Below, piece after piece: positions 34,347 to 48,408 of a DNA stretch of 58,604 nt (position 1 is the stretch's first letter; each line of letters opens with the position of its first letter). This DNA comes from Chara braunii. Its lineage: Eukaryota; Plantae; Charophyceae. Made by a program: the position numbers and the translations under genes. The stretch spans positions 5,439,528-5,498,131 of the forward strand of contig BFEA01000010.1 in NCBI GenBank assembly GCA_003427395.1, given 5' to 3'. The notes under the pieces are model-generated. The model did not search any database and was not told where the DNA came from. It saw only the letters and a list, made by a program, of their open reading frames with translations.

Positions 34347-37300
34347 CCTCGTTCCTCGTCAGCAGGACTTTCGTACCGGCATATCCGAACTGTTTCTAGT
34401 TGACTTGACCACCAGACGAAGTGTCTGCCCTCCGCAGGTTATCAAGGGCTTCAGCGGAGGGTGAGAAATCACAACACGCGATCCAAGATCGAAGTCCAAG
34501 TAAACGACAATGAACACTGAGAGAGTACATCCAGGAGGCCGTGAAACAACAACATGAGAACTCGAGAAAGAACTTCAACTCTGCACCTTCCTTCCCCCTA
34601 ATACTGCACCTCTTCCTTCCCCACTCCCTGTAACAAGGCGTAAACCTGGCGTCATGTCGAACAAGGAGGACTAAACTAGAAGATGTTATGACTATATATA
34701 TACGTCATCCGGAGTCACCGCAAAAAAGAGTGGTGGTTAATTGCCAAAATGTGTCGCGGCCTCACGCGAAGTTTTCTAGAACTTTCGCAAAAATGTTGTC
34801 TGGAAAACTCTTCGCTCTGTATTTTTTCCTTAACATGAGAACTTGTTGCAGAATCCATTCCCGAACCGTCGTGTTTCGATCGATACGATACAACCAACCG
34901 GTAATAGACGTCATTTTCTACCTTTTGCTAGACTAGAAGAAAAAATTATGTCCTGTCCTAAAAACGGTCTTACTGGCGGAACAAATCGTATATTGGTTCT
35001 CCGTTTTTTGAAAACATCCCAGGAAAGGAAAGCTTGGCCTTACTTCTATTGCACAACCTAAAAAATCCCAGGATTCGGAACAGTCGTCTGTCCTTTTTAA
35101 GGTAAGTTCTTCTGGATAACAACCTTCAAACTTGCTCCTGATCTTGTTGGCTATGATAATGGACTTGCCATCACCTCGTTTATAGGCTAGGAAAAATTGA
35201 CACATCGTCCATAAGCCTCACCCCATACACCAACTTTTTATCGGTTCCCAAGGAGCCTGCTAACATAGCCTCCCTCAAATGCTAGGGAAATAAAAGTAGG
35301 AACCAAACTACTTCCTGAGTTTATTCGAGGAGTCCATCTAGGCAAAATTATATTGAATCAACAACCATCGCTTCTAGCATCAGCCAGAGCTATAATAACC
35401 CTACCGGATCCATAACCATTGAACCTCTACTGCGAGGTTCTACAAAGAAAAACCATTCTTGTCCCAGGCAAAGCTTGAGAACGCCAACTCCCCAACTTCG
35501 GACTTAAGTAACCATGGTGAGAAGTGCATTTCCCCAGTGCTTTTAACGAAAACAAGTTGAGCTCCAGTTCCCCAAGTTAAAAAAAACCAACCTCTTGACT
35601 TGCGTGATTGTCTCCCTGCTACCTTCCTTCTCCAGTCTGCTATTATTGTGTGTCTAATCTGAGTTTTCACCTTCTTAGTAATTCCGAGAAAGGATAGGTG
35701 CACATCTCGGAAGACCTGCTGATTCTTATCTTCCCAAATTACTCCGAATATGATGCCTCTGATTGTCTGGGCAACATACCCCCAACCCCGAGAAGGAAAT
35801 AGGCCCGGCGGCAGGATGCCCGAGATAATCCATTTTTCATCCCATTGCAGACATTTTCTGGAGATCAGGATCCAAAACTTCTCCCACCACTTCCAGACCC
35901 TTAGTGAGAAGGGGCAAAAATTCCAAAGATGGTTAGTTGATTTCCACGCCCACTTACAGCAGGTACATTTAGTCAGATTGTCCATCCCTTTGGAGTGTAA
36001 CCATATTGCCGAAGCCATAACTAATAGGGACTGCAGTAGGAAAATGCTTGCCAACTTTTGTGACGGCAGAACCTTCAACTGCTTCCATAATGTAAGGATT
36101 TCAGTTCTGGATACCAGTGGAAGGGCTTGGTCTTCAAGCCTTTTCAATACAACCTCAATTGATTTCTTCTTGATTGTCTGCTAAAGTAGAGTTACTCCCA
36201 TTTTTGTGGAGTAGCAGTGAAGACTGCAAGGCTTTGGTTTATTCGGGATCTTCCAACCCACCTTTGTTGGATGTAATGGCAACTCTCAGAGTGATCTTCC
36301 ACCTGCAAGTAGCTGAATCTGAGGTTTTTCCTTACCTGCGCACCCCGCTTTTGGCGGAAAAGTGTCCACTATCACTTGCTGAGTACCTTCTAGAGTTGAC
36401 ACTCTAGTCAGGTCACTGTAGCTCATTAACCGAGTGTAGGGGGTGAGGGATGTCTCTTCCCATTCCTCCACAGTATATCCCCCAGCCAAATTTGAACCAC
36501 GAACTCTCCAATATTTCCTTTGTGTCCCTTGCCTCGGCCTGGCTACCCAACGATCATTTGTGGGGATAGGGTCTGTCTGTAAGATCCGTAGCCAATCGGC
36601 AGGCATCGCCATCTGAATGTCCATCAAGCGGCCAGCCACATTCCGTAACCTTTTGAGGTGATCCCGAATCTCCTGTAAGGACTTCCAATTCATTGTAACT
36701 CGGTCCCAAAGATTGTCCAGCCTGATTACCCCCTTTTCCGCCCAAGCTGCCCCAAAATTTCCGGCGGAGCTCTGAGCGAAGAACGGGGATCCAACAGAAT
36801 TGCACAACCTTGGATTATTAAAATGGGGTTGTGCCAGTACTTCATCAATTGACTCTGAGTCTGCAAAGAACTCTGGTAAGACCTTAGCCCAAACATAAAT
36901 AATATCACTCCAAAAACGTGACTTGGGTCTTTTATGTGTAAAGGATTTCATCATCCAACAAGTCCAAACATCCGTAGGATTTGCCAAGTTCCACTCCATA
37001 CTCAAAATATACTCTGCCAGCCATATCCACGCATGCTTGAAATCTGTTAGCATGGCCCTAATGGGCCATTTAGCAAGCAGAAAGATGTCCTGCTGTCGAG
37101 GGTCCAACACATCAAAACCACCAGCCTCTCTAGGACATGCCAATGATTCCCAGGATACTTTAGACAGAAAACCTTCCTCTACCTTCGCTTCTGGTTTCCA
37201 CAAAAAAATTGCGGAGACTTTCTTAATCTTTCTATAGGCATTGCTCTCTAACAAATAAACCATTAACATGTACCAGAGAGTTGAGAGCCCTGCTGAAGTT

Positions 37301-39092
37301 AGAACCATGGCACGACGCAGTAAGGACAGATGACGAGTGTACTCTCATCTTGATATTCTTTGACAAACTTTTTCTTCTAGAAGCTGATCCTGCAACTTTG
37401 AGTTGTCAGATAGTGACACTTGAATGCCCAGGTATCTATCCGAGGCATCAGTGGGGATTCTTCACATGCCCCAATTCGCACGTATCCGAAACTGAGCTGG
37501 CAGAAAAAAACACAAATTTATTCAAATTTATCGAGGTCTCCAATAGGGTAGAGTAATCATTCAATACTTGTCGTAACGTAAGCATGATGTTCTTATTATT
37601 AACACACGTTATGGTCAGATCATCGGCTAATGCGCCGCCTTTTCATTGATAATTATCGTATAGTTGCAGTCCCAGGATTTGATCATTTAGTCTAATGTTA
37701 TCTAACAAAATTTCTGGATGTAGCACAAACAGGAGCGGCGTCAGAGGGCAACCCTGCCTTAGAGAGCGCGTGAGGTTGAATTTCAAGGATAGTTGGCTGT
37801 TCACCATTAGTTTGGTTGTAGCAGTCGAGTATATCACTGAGAGCCATCGACAAAAGTTTGGGTTTAAACCCAGATGGATCAGTGTGGTACCCACGAAGGC
37901 CCAACCAACTTTATCGTACGCTTTTTCCATGTCGATGAGAAGGATAGCCACATCGTGTTGTTCGTGTGCTATGACTTCAAGCGCTTGGATAGTCGCCACT
38001 ATATTGTCCATTATTGATTTGTGTTTGAAAAATACTCCCTGATCTGGGTTAACTAAACTAGGCAAGTACTTAGCTAAACGCAAAGATAAAACTTTCGCCA
38101 AAATCTTATATGAGACATTTAAGAGAAATAGGTAACAAATTTTGGATATTTAATTTATCCTTTTTTTTTTATAGAAGAGTAATAATGCCTAATTGCATGC
38201 CCTTCCTTAAGGAGCCTCCAAGCAGTACTCCATTGTAAATTTCTACTAAGCTTGGTTCAATAACATCCCACAGATGAAAAAGGTATACTTCCATCGGCAA
38301 GCCATCCGACCCCGGACACTTGCCTGAGGCGATTTGGCTTACTGCAAACTTTAACTCTTCAAAGGTGAATGGACGGTCTAAGTCCAACCTACTTTGCTGG
38401 GGTAGGCAGACCGTCGTTCTGCCCCAGAAACAAGAGGTATTCCTCAGATCGAAGTAAAAGGTGTCATATGGTCATCTTGTAGCTAAAATATCTTGGAAGT
38501 ATTTTTGGGCGTACTCGCACATCCCTTTTGGTTCCGATCTCGTGGGGATTGAATTTGCAAAGGATGAGCCGATTCCCTGGTTAGAGGTTTAATTTTTTGC
38601 AATAGAAGTCTTCGAAAAGTCTCGTGATTTAGTCTGTCGTTTGTGATTATTCCTTTTTGCTGCAACCAAACTCTTCAATTTCCTTGTTGCTAGATCTAAC
38701 GGTGTTTTTGTGAAAAATGAAATGTTTTATAAAAAGTGAACATACCCAAATTGTCAATTTTCGACAAAACACACGATGATATTTACCAATAGGGTAAGAA
38801 GTTTTTTGATATATAAAGAATGTAATCATGAAAAGTTTAACGAACTTTAAAACATATAAAAATCTTAGGCAGTCCGTGTTGGTAACAAAAAATAAAACTT
38901 CAGGGTAACATTCAAAATGATATATGAATACCGAAAAATAAAAAATGTCTTTCATGTGAGACTTTGAAAACTTCATATGCCGGGCAAAGCAAAAAACTTC
39001 TGAGTAACATTCAAAATAATATAGGAAATACCGCAAAAAAAAAAAATAGAGGGACTTTCCTGGAAGAGGGGCCACTGCCATATGCCCGCCAA

Positions 39093-39552
39093 AGGGTCCT
39101 TCGTCCCTTACATCTCCAAATGTTTTCACTTAGAAAAGAATCAGAGTGCATAAAAGAAAATCTAAAAACATGGCGAAAATCCAGGACAGATAGCACCCCG
39201 ATTTGTAGTAAAAGAGACATTTTGCCATTGTTATACTTCCGACTTAGCTAAGCTAGCTATCTTCTATTGCAAATGTCAAATCTTCAAAAACAAGGCTATC
39301 ATTTTCTCCATGATATGCAGGGTCCCCTTACATCTCCAAGTGTCGTCACTTAAGAAAAAAACAGAGAACCGGAGTGTATAAAAAAAATATATATGGTCAG
39401 GTCCGTGGACAGATAACACCCCGATTTGCAATAAAAGAAATATTGTGCCATCAAACTTAAAACTTAGCAAAGTTAGCTTAGCCTATCTTCGACTGTAAAC
39501 TGTCCAGTCTTCCGAAACAATGGTATCATTTTGTACATGATGTGCAGGGTCT
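39093..39552. repeat. Diverged ~230-bp tandem duplication
   Basis: gtcccttacatctccaa..ggacagata.caccccgatttg..cttagc..tatcatttt..catgat.tgcagggtc occurs twice. Confidence 0.8.
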
Positions 39553-40399
39553 CTGTATTCTACATGCGCATCTATTCTCTTATATTCCCGCAAGAGGAGA
39601 TGTCAGAAATATTTGATTGTCGTGTCAACAAGGCCATCCAGTAATGTTTTCAACATTGGTTGTTCTCTAATCGCTCTCCGAAATTCTGCTCGCCTTCGCA
39701 CATCAACGTTATCTGTATTGGACGCGCTTGCAGTTCCAGAATAATTGTTACAAATAAGAAATGACACCTTGCAACGTCCTTGGATACATGCCACCACAGA
39801 AAACAATGTCATAACCTTCAAAGTATTGTAGTAGAATTTCACCGCAGAGTAAAACAACTGTGAGAATGGCGTGAGCACCTCTCGTGGGTACATTCCCGAC
39901 CCACAACACCAACGACCACAAATGTAGAGAGACTGCCGAGGACAATGTTCCCAATTGTACGGTTCGACATCCACCTCAGACACTGACTAATGAACCCTCA
40001 AAAATGGCTTTAGAAGTGAAAAATATTGACCCCATATCACGCCACATGTTTCTTCCCCATACGATGTTGGTGGGCGGTCATCCAGTAGTCGCAAATGGTT
40101 GGACCATTATGTGAAACAGCCAAATACGGTTCAAACAACATTTGAAATAAACGCCATAAACGATGAAATTCTCATTGGACCGCCATCTCATAGGCGCACG
40201 TGGTTATAAATTCTATGAAAGAGCAAAATATAGCCATATGGCCGTACTTGGAATGAGACAAAATTTATATTAGAAAAAAAATTAAAATAAACGCTACCTA
40301 ACGTTCTTTATCATTAGAAAGATCAAGGCATGACATGTCACAAGTTGTGATGACATCTCTTACGCTAATCGGTTTTCATCGTCATGAATGTTATCGTTC

Positions 40400-43300
40400 T
40401 TCTTCATCAGGACGACCAAGGCATGCCATAGCATTTTCTTTGGCTAATTTTGGAATGTGCAGTCTATTCTCCAAGCGCGATATTCTTAATGTCCACCTCC
40501 AAAAAATGCAATCTGTATGCCGTCACTGCTCATGTGACGTTTTGTCTTTCTTTCATGTCTTCTTCCATGCATTCGTATATTGCACAATAAGACTCTTTAC
40601 AACAGGCTGCGGCACGCAATATTCAACGAGAACGTGGTTGAAAGTTGGCGATCTGACGTCGTTGTCAACAACAGTAACAACTCTTCTCATTCACACACGA
40701 ACACCTTGGCCAATGTCGTCTGGTGAAGGACGTAACAAAACAAATTGACCCTTTTCCACGTCTGTCGCAGAATTCAACTCTGGTTTGGGACGCTCGTTAA
40801 CCGGTCCTACAAAAAATTACTCTTTGTTCTCGTTATGTTTCATGAGGAAAGTAATATCAATGTCCTGTGAATCATCCTTCACTATTCCTTCCATTGACGG
40901 TCAGAAGCCAGCCTTGAGCAACACTCTTCGAGATTAAGACCCGTACTCATCTTCAATTGTTTCTAAAAAATATTTCCAGTATGACAATGCATTCTCCTTC
41001 GAAAAGTTTATCTCATCCTTCATTTCAAACCACTCATGTTGCTTGTTCTGTAACTAATCGACGAACGTTTTCACGCCGTCAACACCTGAAACAAAATCAT
41101 TATGATTTCCATCAGGTGAGACAGGGATTAGTTGAAGCAGTCACTGCGGTCCTGCATATCTTTTGTTCTCATCTCTCTTAAAACTGTAAGCTGGCGAAGA
41201 CCACCAATGACCCGTACAATACTCCTTTCACTGGAACACTGGGTTATCATCCTCCATAAAATCTCTAAATGCATGTGGACGAGTATGGCCTGTCAACCTC
41301 TTCCTAAAAAAAAAGGTTTCACGACGCTTCTCCAATCCGCAATTTCATTCATGAACGTACATGACGGCCGATCAATTTGGGAATCAACAATAAGCTTAAA
41401 GAGATCGACCATAGTGTATGCATCATGCATTTTCAGCTTGCGGGAAAAGTGACTAAAAGTGGCATCGACATTGTTGTGTGTGTGCCCTACTTGCATGAAG
41501 CCAAACTCAACCTCTTTGAAGAAACCGAATTTCACCAAAGTTGCGGCTAACGCGAATACATATCTGTTCTTATTTTCTCTCCAACAATTATCTGCTTGTA
41601 TCCTAAGCGTTGAAGGCAAGCCGCTCGATGCCTGAACGTCTCGAAGGACTTTCATGATGAACGACACAACCACATCCGAGTCGTGTGGGTAGCAAGGAAA
41701 CCACGTTTGAACATGGACAGACGGGGAACGTCTGTGTGAGATGATCGCTGTCAAGTTTGTTTTCAACATTGGGACATTCGCAAATGCTTTCGATATGTTT
41801 TCTCCACCGGACAAGCGGTTATCGGGTAGCTGAAAATTCAAGAATGAAAACTTTGAAGTGAGAGTTTTGGGCAGTCTGAAAATCCTTAATGGTCCTGAAG
41901 TGGTGAAAGGTCCGAAGACCCTGAAAACCACCTGTCTAGGCAGGCTGCATCCTGAAGTGGTGAAGGGTGTCCTGAAGTGGTTAAGTAAGAGTTTTTGGCA
42001 GTCTGAAAATCCTGAATGGTCCTGAAGTGATGAAAGGTCCGAGCACCATGAAAACCATCCTTCACCACTTAAGGATGCAGCCTGCCTAAACAGGTGATTT
42101 TCGCGGTCTTCGGAGCTTTCACCACTTCAAGACCATTCAGGATTTTCAGACCTGAATGGTCCTGAAGTGGTGAAAGGTCCGAAGACCCTGAAAACCACCT
42201 TTTTAGGTAGACTGCATCCTAAAGTGGTGAAAGGTGTCCTAAAGTGGTGATGAAAAATACGACTGTTGTTAACCTTCTCTCCTCCACCGAAATGTGGAAT
42301 ACTGGTCTTACTTTGGTCCATGCCGTCAATGATAATGCACAAACTGTTTGAGGCCATCCTCTTCGATTCATCCTTCCACACCTCATAAGGCGCCCGATGC
42401 TGGAGCTGGAGGTCCAAATGTTTGTTACACAAAGAAACAAAATGCTCACGCATTCGTGTGTATTTTGCAGAATTGATAGATTCTTCATATTCTACACACT
42501 TCTCATATTTTGCAAAATGTTGATCAATATCATGAAATTTCGCATGTCAGAAGTGTGTTCTCCACATGTTATAAAACACTTGGAGAGAAACAGTGCGAAC
42601 GTCCATATTGTCAAATTGTGTCTTCAACAACTTGTAAATGTTCACCTTATTGTAGCAGGCGGACAATCTCAAAACCATCCTCGATTCTCAATTTCTCGTC
42701 TTCATGTCGTTAGGCATGGAATCTCCGTTTTCATGTATAAATGATTTTAGTTTACCATACATTGCTGCATAGGTAGCAGATGTGCGTCTGAGTCCAGTGC
42801 TGCCATGCTCTGGCATGACATGACCTTTCAACAAGGTCATCCGTTTCTTTATAAATGTATTTCTACAGACGCCTAACGTGAAGCACCATGCATTGATGTA
42901 CACCTTTCTTTTTCCCACAATGGGTTGCACAAACTCCCTGCCATCTTCTACGAATATGAAAATTTTCAAAGTCTCAATCTACCACGCATCAATGCTTTTG
43001 TGGTCCTTGGAGTAATATGCGCTTTGAACAACTTTGATGTCATCTAATGTTATGTGTGCACAACCGTGACACTCTCATCTACAAAAATCTTTCCCGTGAA
43101 CGCTTGCTAACGCTTTCCTGGTCAACTTCCGGTGAACGCACTCTAAAACGTTGTTGGATCTCGACATTCTCTTTATACGATCGTTTTTCCGATGACAATC
43201 TTTGTGGGAACATATCATCAAAATCTGAAACAAGCTCGTCACTGTCGTCTGGATTTCGACAACAATGGTCGGAGCTGCTGTTGTCGTCATTGCCTGGATG

Positions 43301-43525
43301 ACTATCTTTATCGAGAGAACTATCGACACTATAACCAATTGAAGCACTTGAGCGCCAACCATCCACTCCCCTTTCCTCGCATGATTGTCTGGCGAGTTGA
43401 AAGTCAAGAGAATTATGGAGAATGTTGTTTTCCGGATCCCGGAGTGAATTTCTGGGCACCCAAAGAATACGGTCTACATTGGATGTGGACCTACCAGCGT
43501 GACAATTATCAACATTATGACCCAC
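40400..43525 (-). pseudogene. Disrupted Sola-like DDD transposase
   Basis: CIIIDGMDQSKT.IP, LRIQADNCWRENKNRYVF and FMQVGHTHNNVDATFS. Upstream Cys-rich and HG/GD.MP motifs are typical of this family. Stops, frameshifts and an insertion. Family assigned from remembered motifs. Confidence 0.72.
41810..42281. mobile_element. 472-bp insertion with 8-bp TSD inside the transposase gene
   Basis: ctccaccg is duplicated at 41802-41809 and 42282-42289. Removing the insert restores PHFGGENISKAF. The body is direct and inverted copies of gtcctgaagtggtgaaagg. Confidence 0.8.
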
Positions 43526-46158
43526 ATTATCGGATTGGGGTGACGTCGTCAGTCACGGGCGTCGAACGGCAGGGGAACTACTTTCTCAAGTAGCGGCGTC
43601 GAATTCACATTCTCTCATCTTTTTACGGGCAGGTGAGTCGGGAGTGCAAGTATTGTCACGAATTACATCTTCGGAACCAAGAGAGTATGTAGCGAGGTCT
43701 TGCATATTAGCATTACAATTCTCATCCAGTACCGTGTTAGATGTCACGCAGTCCATATGTGCCAGGGCTGCATATTCAACTTGCCGATATGAAGTGCCGC
43801 AAGGCATAATGAGTCGGTGAGAAGAAATGAGTGGGTTAACATTCAAGGCGCACGCATGTTGTTGTTAGGACGAACATAACAAAACTTGTGTTCATCAATT
43901 GCATGACTCAGTGAGTGAATGGAGAAATAACGAATTTGGGGTAAAAGGCGTATAACGAATACGAGGAACTAAAAAAGAACAAGTTGTCTTAGAAATCCAT
44001 GACAACACGGTAGCTAAAAGTGTCGGTGCGCGGTCATTTCATCAACATCGATACGTAAACGCAGGTACATAAAATTAAGGAACCCGTTCCCCTACTTTGA
44101 TTGGTTCAATACACCGTTTTTGTGTTCACATTGTGAGTAATCAGAATCGGTTTCGGTAACATTTGTGTGCCTCCTGCCTTGGCAATGAGATGCAGTCATT
44201 TGTGCCTAATCGGCCTTCTCAACCCCCCCCCCCCGACGTTACGTACAATCATTTTGTGTCTGAGCGGCCTTACCACACTGCCCCCCGCCCCCCTTCCCCC
44301 CGTGCCTTTCACACGGTTGCTAACGAATTTGACCCGTTGATCTCTGTCTGCTTGTTATTCCCTTCAGGTGGGGCTGGGGGCGGCAGCAGCTCCGCGAGTG
44401 TGTGAGACACCCAGAAACCAATTCAGCGTCATCATCTCGAGGACACCGGATGTCAATATCCTGTCGGACATCCGCAATCTTTATGGTATACTTATCGGGC
44501 ATTCACCACCGTCTTCGTGTCGAACATAACGACTTTGGAAGACCTTTATTTCTTTAGCTTCGCCGAGACACAACATCAACATGCGGTCGAGACTGCTCGT
44601 CATTGAGAACCTTCAGTATGTGCCAAACAATCGGCGGTCCGAAGTCCTGACCGCCAAAAGCACTCTTGTAGGGTATTCGTGATAACTTTCCCAGACTCGT
44701 GTCCCCTATGCATTGAACACCACGAGAGATTGTTTTAGACGCAATGCCACCCGTGTGCTCTTACAATGCGATGTCCTACAGTGCTAGGCAGTCGACAGGT
44801 TGAGGAAGTCTTGAGTCTCAGGAACTGACAACCATGCAAACGTGTCGTGAACACCTGTCGCAATTTATGATTCATCACTCTCCATATGTTTGAAACAGCC
44901 AGTCGTCATTTACTCGGATGCGCGATGCACCATTGGCCTGACGGACACTTTCACAGGCGGCAACTCTTGTTGATTGATGCCTGTCTCCATCATTCACTTG
45001 CATTTCTGGTCCCGTTGTCCCGCAAGCCGTGACATCTTTTTGTCGACGGTAGCTCTCCGTAATGAAGCGCCGACCACGGGATATTGACGGGCCCGAGAAC
45101 GAAGTTTGGTTGTCGGTCGAAGTGCGTGCATAATGCGTTGTGCAAGTTGTGTAAAAGAGTGTTGAACTCATTATTGCCATTCATAACTTCATCGTTCATT
45201 CGTGAGCAGTTTGATGTGTCAGTGACGATCATCGTTGTGCTCAAAGTTCAGGCACCACGGGTGGCACGAGACGACAAATGCTAGCAGGCACCTTGGATGC
45301 ATAACCACCGCAGGCAGGTTGTAATTTTGGACAGTGGCACCAATGCATGCGAAGAGGTTCAGTGTTTGAGTTGGATACGATGATCACCGGACAGACCGTT
45401 GCAAATTCACGGGTTGTATGCGCACCTTGTCGAACCGGTTATTAGGAAGGACACGATGACAACATCGTGGACATGAATATCGCTGGCAGGTTGAACACAT
45501 ATCAATGTTCGTCGTGTTGAACACAAGCACTTTGGAAAGCCCCCAGTTCCGGAGCTTTGAAATTCCCGACTCACAACATCAACTTGTTATCGCGACCGCT
45601 CGTCCTCAAAACCCTTCACTATGTGCCAAACAGTCGGTCGTTCGAAGTCCAAACCACCAAAAACACTCTTGTAGGGAACACGGGATAGCTTTTCGAGACG
45701 GTGGATGAACACAAATCATTCACCACGGATTACACGACACGACCAATCCTGGGGAGGGATTTTGGATGAAGATTGACCGCCGGCAGGTCGTCGTCTCGAA
45801 TATGAGTACCAATTTGTGTTGGGAGTTGAGTCTTCGTGTTGGACACGATAACCGCCAGAGAGGCGTTCCCCCGACTGGTTATCCAATGCATGACACACCA
45901 CGAGAGCTGGATAAGACGGGTTTACGGGTTCCTTATCCCGACTGGTTATCGGGCTGAATACGACAAGCATATCATAAACATGATCACCGGTGCCAGGGTG
46001 AGCTCAGACCGTGCATCACGGCTGACATGTCCACCTCTGCCTGGCATTGGATTGCACAGCGACCACTGGTCACCTTGAAGTTGGTTCATCGTGTCGAACA
46101 CGATGAACGTATCGAGAAGAGCGCCAATCATTGTGTTGGATACGATGACCGCCGAAAG

Positions 46159-46660
46159 GTTATAGGGTTGGACACGACGACCACCTCACACGACTGACAG
46201 CAAAGGTCTCCTTGCTCGGCTGGTTACAGGGTTGGACACGACGACCACCTCACGCGCCTAGTTGCAAAGGGATCTTTGCCCGGCCGGTTATCAGGTTGGA
46301 TACGACGACCACCTCACGCGACAACAACCACCTCACGCGACTGGCTGCAAAGGGATTGTTGCCCGACCAGTTATCGGGTTGGACACGACCACCACCTCAC
46401 ACGACAAATTGCAAAGGGCTCCTTGCCCGACTGGTTATTGGGTTGGACACGACGACCACCTCACGCGATTGGTTCCAAAGGGGTCCTTGCCCGACTGGTT
46501 ATCGGGTTGAACACGACGACCACATCATGTAGGGGATGTTGTGGGCTGGTTGCAAAGGGGTCCTTGCCCGACTGGTTATCGGATTGAACACGACGACCAC
46601 CTCATGCAGGGGATGCTGTGGGCATGTTGCCGAGCGGGTTATCGGTGTCGACACGGTGAC
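46159..46660. repeat. ~64-bp tandem repeat built on a half-degenerate copy of the palindrome
   Basis: About 8 units of ggttatcgggttggacacgacgaccacctcacgcgactggttgcaaaggggtccttgcccgact. Confidence 0.88.
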
Positions 46661-48408
46661 CGCGTCTTTGGAAAGGTGATAGAGGGGACACATTCCGGTC
46701 AAGGTAGAACATTGTTGTTGACGTCATTAAATGAAAAGCACGGAAGGACAAATCGTGGTCGTTGATCATACATATCACCGACTTAAACAAATACTTTATA
46801 AATACTGCAGACTCCACACGAACGATTTCAATACGAGATCCGAAGAGATGTATGGCACTTTTGGAGGGAAGACTCCTGTACCTGGAGAGCGGACCGGTGC
46901 TCGTGTGGAGGAGATCAACGATCACCGCAGTAGGCCCTTTGGTCGGCCAGTGGCGCCAACACTCGGCCAGTGTCACGGATGACTGCTTTGTCGACGATGA
47001 AGAACGAGAAAGCGATCGCTGCAGCACACCCGATCGGCGCAGATGGAGAATGGCGAAATGAGAATTATGTTCAAGCGGGAGGTGGTTTGAACGGAGGAGG
47101 CATCGGCAAAAGCCCTTCGCGGCAGAGGCCCATCGGCACCGTCGAATCGAATCCAAGGGATGGCCGATGGTCCGCGGGAGGAGACAGGCTCTGCAGTATA
47201 TAAGGAGGAGTGGGCCCTGTCTTCTATTTCGCCGTTTCAATTTGACTGTTGCACAGTGCCTGGCCATAGCGCAAATCAGCGACGGTGCGGAGGCCAGTGA
47301 AAACCAACTGACCGTCCTAGTAGTCCGCCACAGGGGCATCGACAGTCGGATCGACTCGATCGGACGGCTGTCGCTTAGAGGGACCGTCCAGGCGCCCCAG
47401 TATAGAAGCAGCAGTGGGTTGCCTCCTTCGGCACTAGCGCCCCAGTATATAAGTTGCAGTGGGCCGCCTCCTCCGACATTATCGCTTTCAGTCTCTTGTC
47501 GTGTTGCAGAAGACAACACTCTCTCTGCGCACGTCGCCGCTATCGCGTCCAGACATCGAACTACATTCCTCCTCCACTTTCTTCTCTTGCCATCACTCTC
47601 TAAACTTGTCGTAGAATACAGCTGAACGTTAGCGCATTTCGTCGAGAGTGGAGTCACTCATCGCACGACATCCGACACAAATCGAGACATCGAGGTGCAG
47701 TCCGAAGGCGTCGAGTACCTTTGGAGTCGACCATCGAAACCGAAGGGAGATGCTGAACACACGAACTCGTGGATAGGAGGACATAGTACAGACAGTGAGG
47801 ATCTTTCCCAATCCGCGATTTCCAACCAGGGACTGCCACATGGCACTTTTGGTGCAACAGTTATCATGTCGAACATGACAAACACGCGATAAAGCGGATT
47901 AAAGTGAGTTGGACTGAACATGAAAACGCCTTGATGGTCGTGTCCAACACGATGGTCTGACGACTGGATCATCGTGTCGAACACGACAATCACGCGGGAA
48001 GCCGCTGACAAGCGATGTATGTGGGCGGTCATCGTGTTGAACACGATAACTAGAGCTAGTACAGTCACTGGCGCTGGTTGTCGTGTTCAACACGACAACG
48101 TGCGGCGAACTTCTCATGGTCGAGGAAAGACACTTTGGTTGCCGTGTTTGACGAGACGACCAAACCCTGTGGTGTTGTGGAGGTGGAGGCAGGCATCCAT
48201 TTCAACACGATCGTGTCGAACACGACGATCGTGTGGAAATGGATGTTTAATATCGACGACTATACAACAACTCAAAGTCGGATCATCGTGTCAAACACGA
48301 CAACCACGGCCACGAGCCATTGGCATGAGACGTCTGAGGGCGAGCGCCAGTACTGCACTGGCGCTGGTTGTCGTGTTCAACACGACAACCGCCCACCAAC
48401 GTCTTATG

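Larger units (their letters stand above)
29916..35253 (-). mobile_element. Penelope-like retroelement, N-terminal endonuclease (Chlamys/Naiad) type, partial-tandem structure
   Basis: Direct repeats (pseudo-LTRs) at 29917-30998 and 34457-35253. 13-bp TSD agcctgctaacat (29903-29915 / 35254-35266). Domain order is GIY-YIG, CxC linker, PLE-type RT. Confidence 0.85.
29699..38700 (-). mobile_element. L1-clade LINE interrupted in its 3' UTR by a Penelope-like element
   Basis: ORF2 remnants run 38700-35440 (KCPGSDGLP, IDMEKAYDKV, SLRQGCPL, ADD, EAGGFDVLDP). The UTR resumes at 29915-29726 and ends in a poly-A (T run 29699-29725). The terminal sequence matches 10770-10865. Confidence 0.9.

Noticed and set aside
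34346-34380. Hammerhead ribozyme in the PLE leader (- strand cGAAA-gtc-ctg-CTGACGAg)
   Set aside because: Core words are present but stems I-III cannot be formed, and this PLE clade is reported to lack canonical hammerheads.
29916-35253. LTR retrotransposon (direct repeats plus zinc knuckle)
   Set aside because: The repeats include RT coding sequence, lack TG..CA ends, have a 13-bp TSD, and the element encodes GIY-YIG rather than integrase.
46602-47657. 351-aa - strand ORF and the many short ORFs at 47.9-50.1 kb
   Set aside because: GC-rich repeat-derived frames (recurrent CRVQHDN / VVFNTTT translations of the palindrome) with no protein-like pattern.
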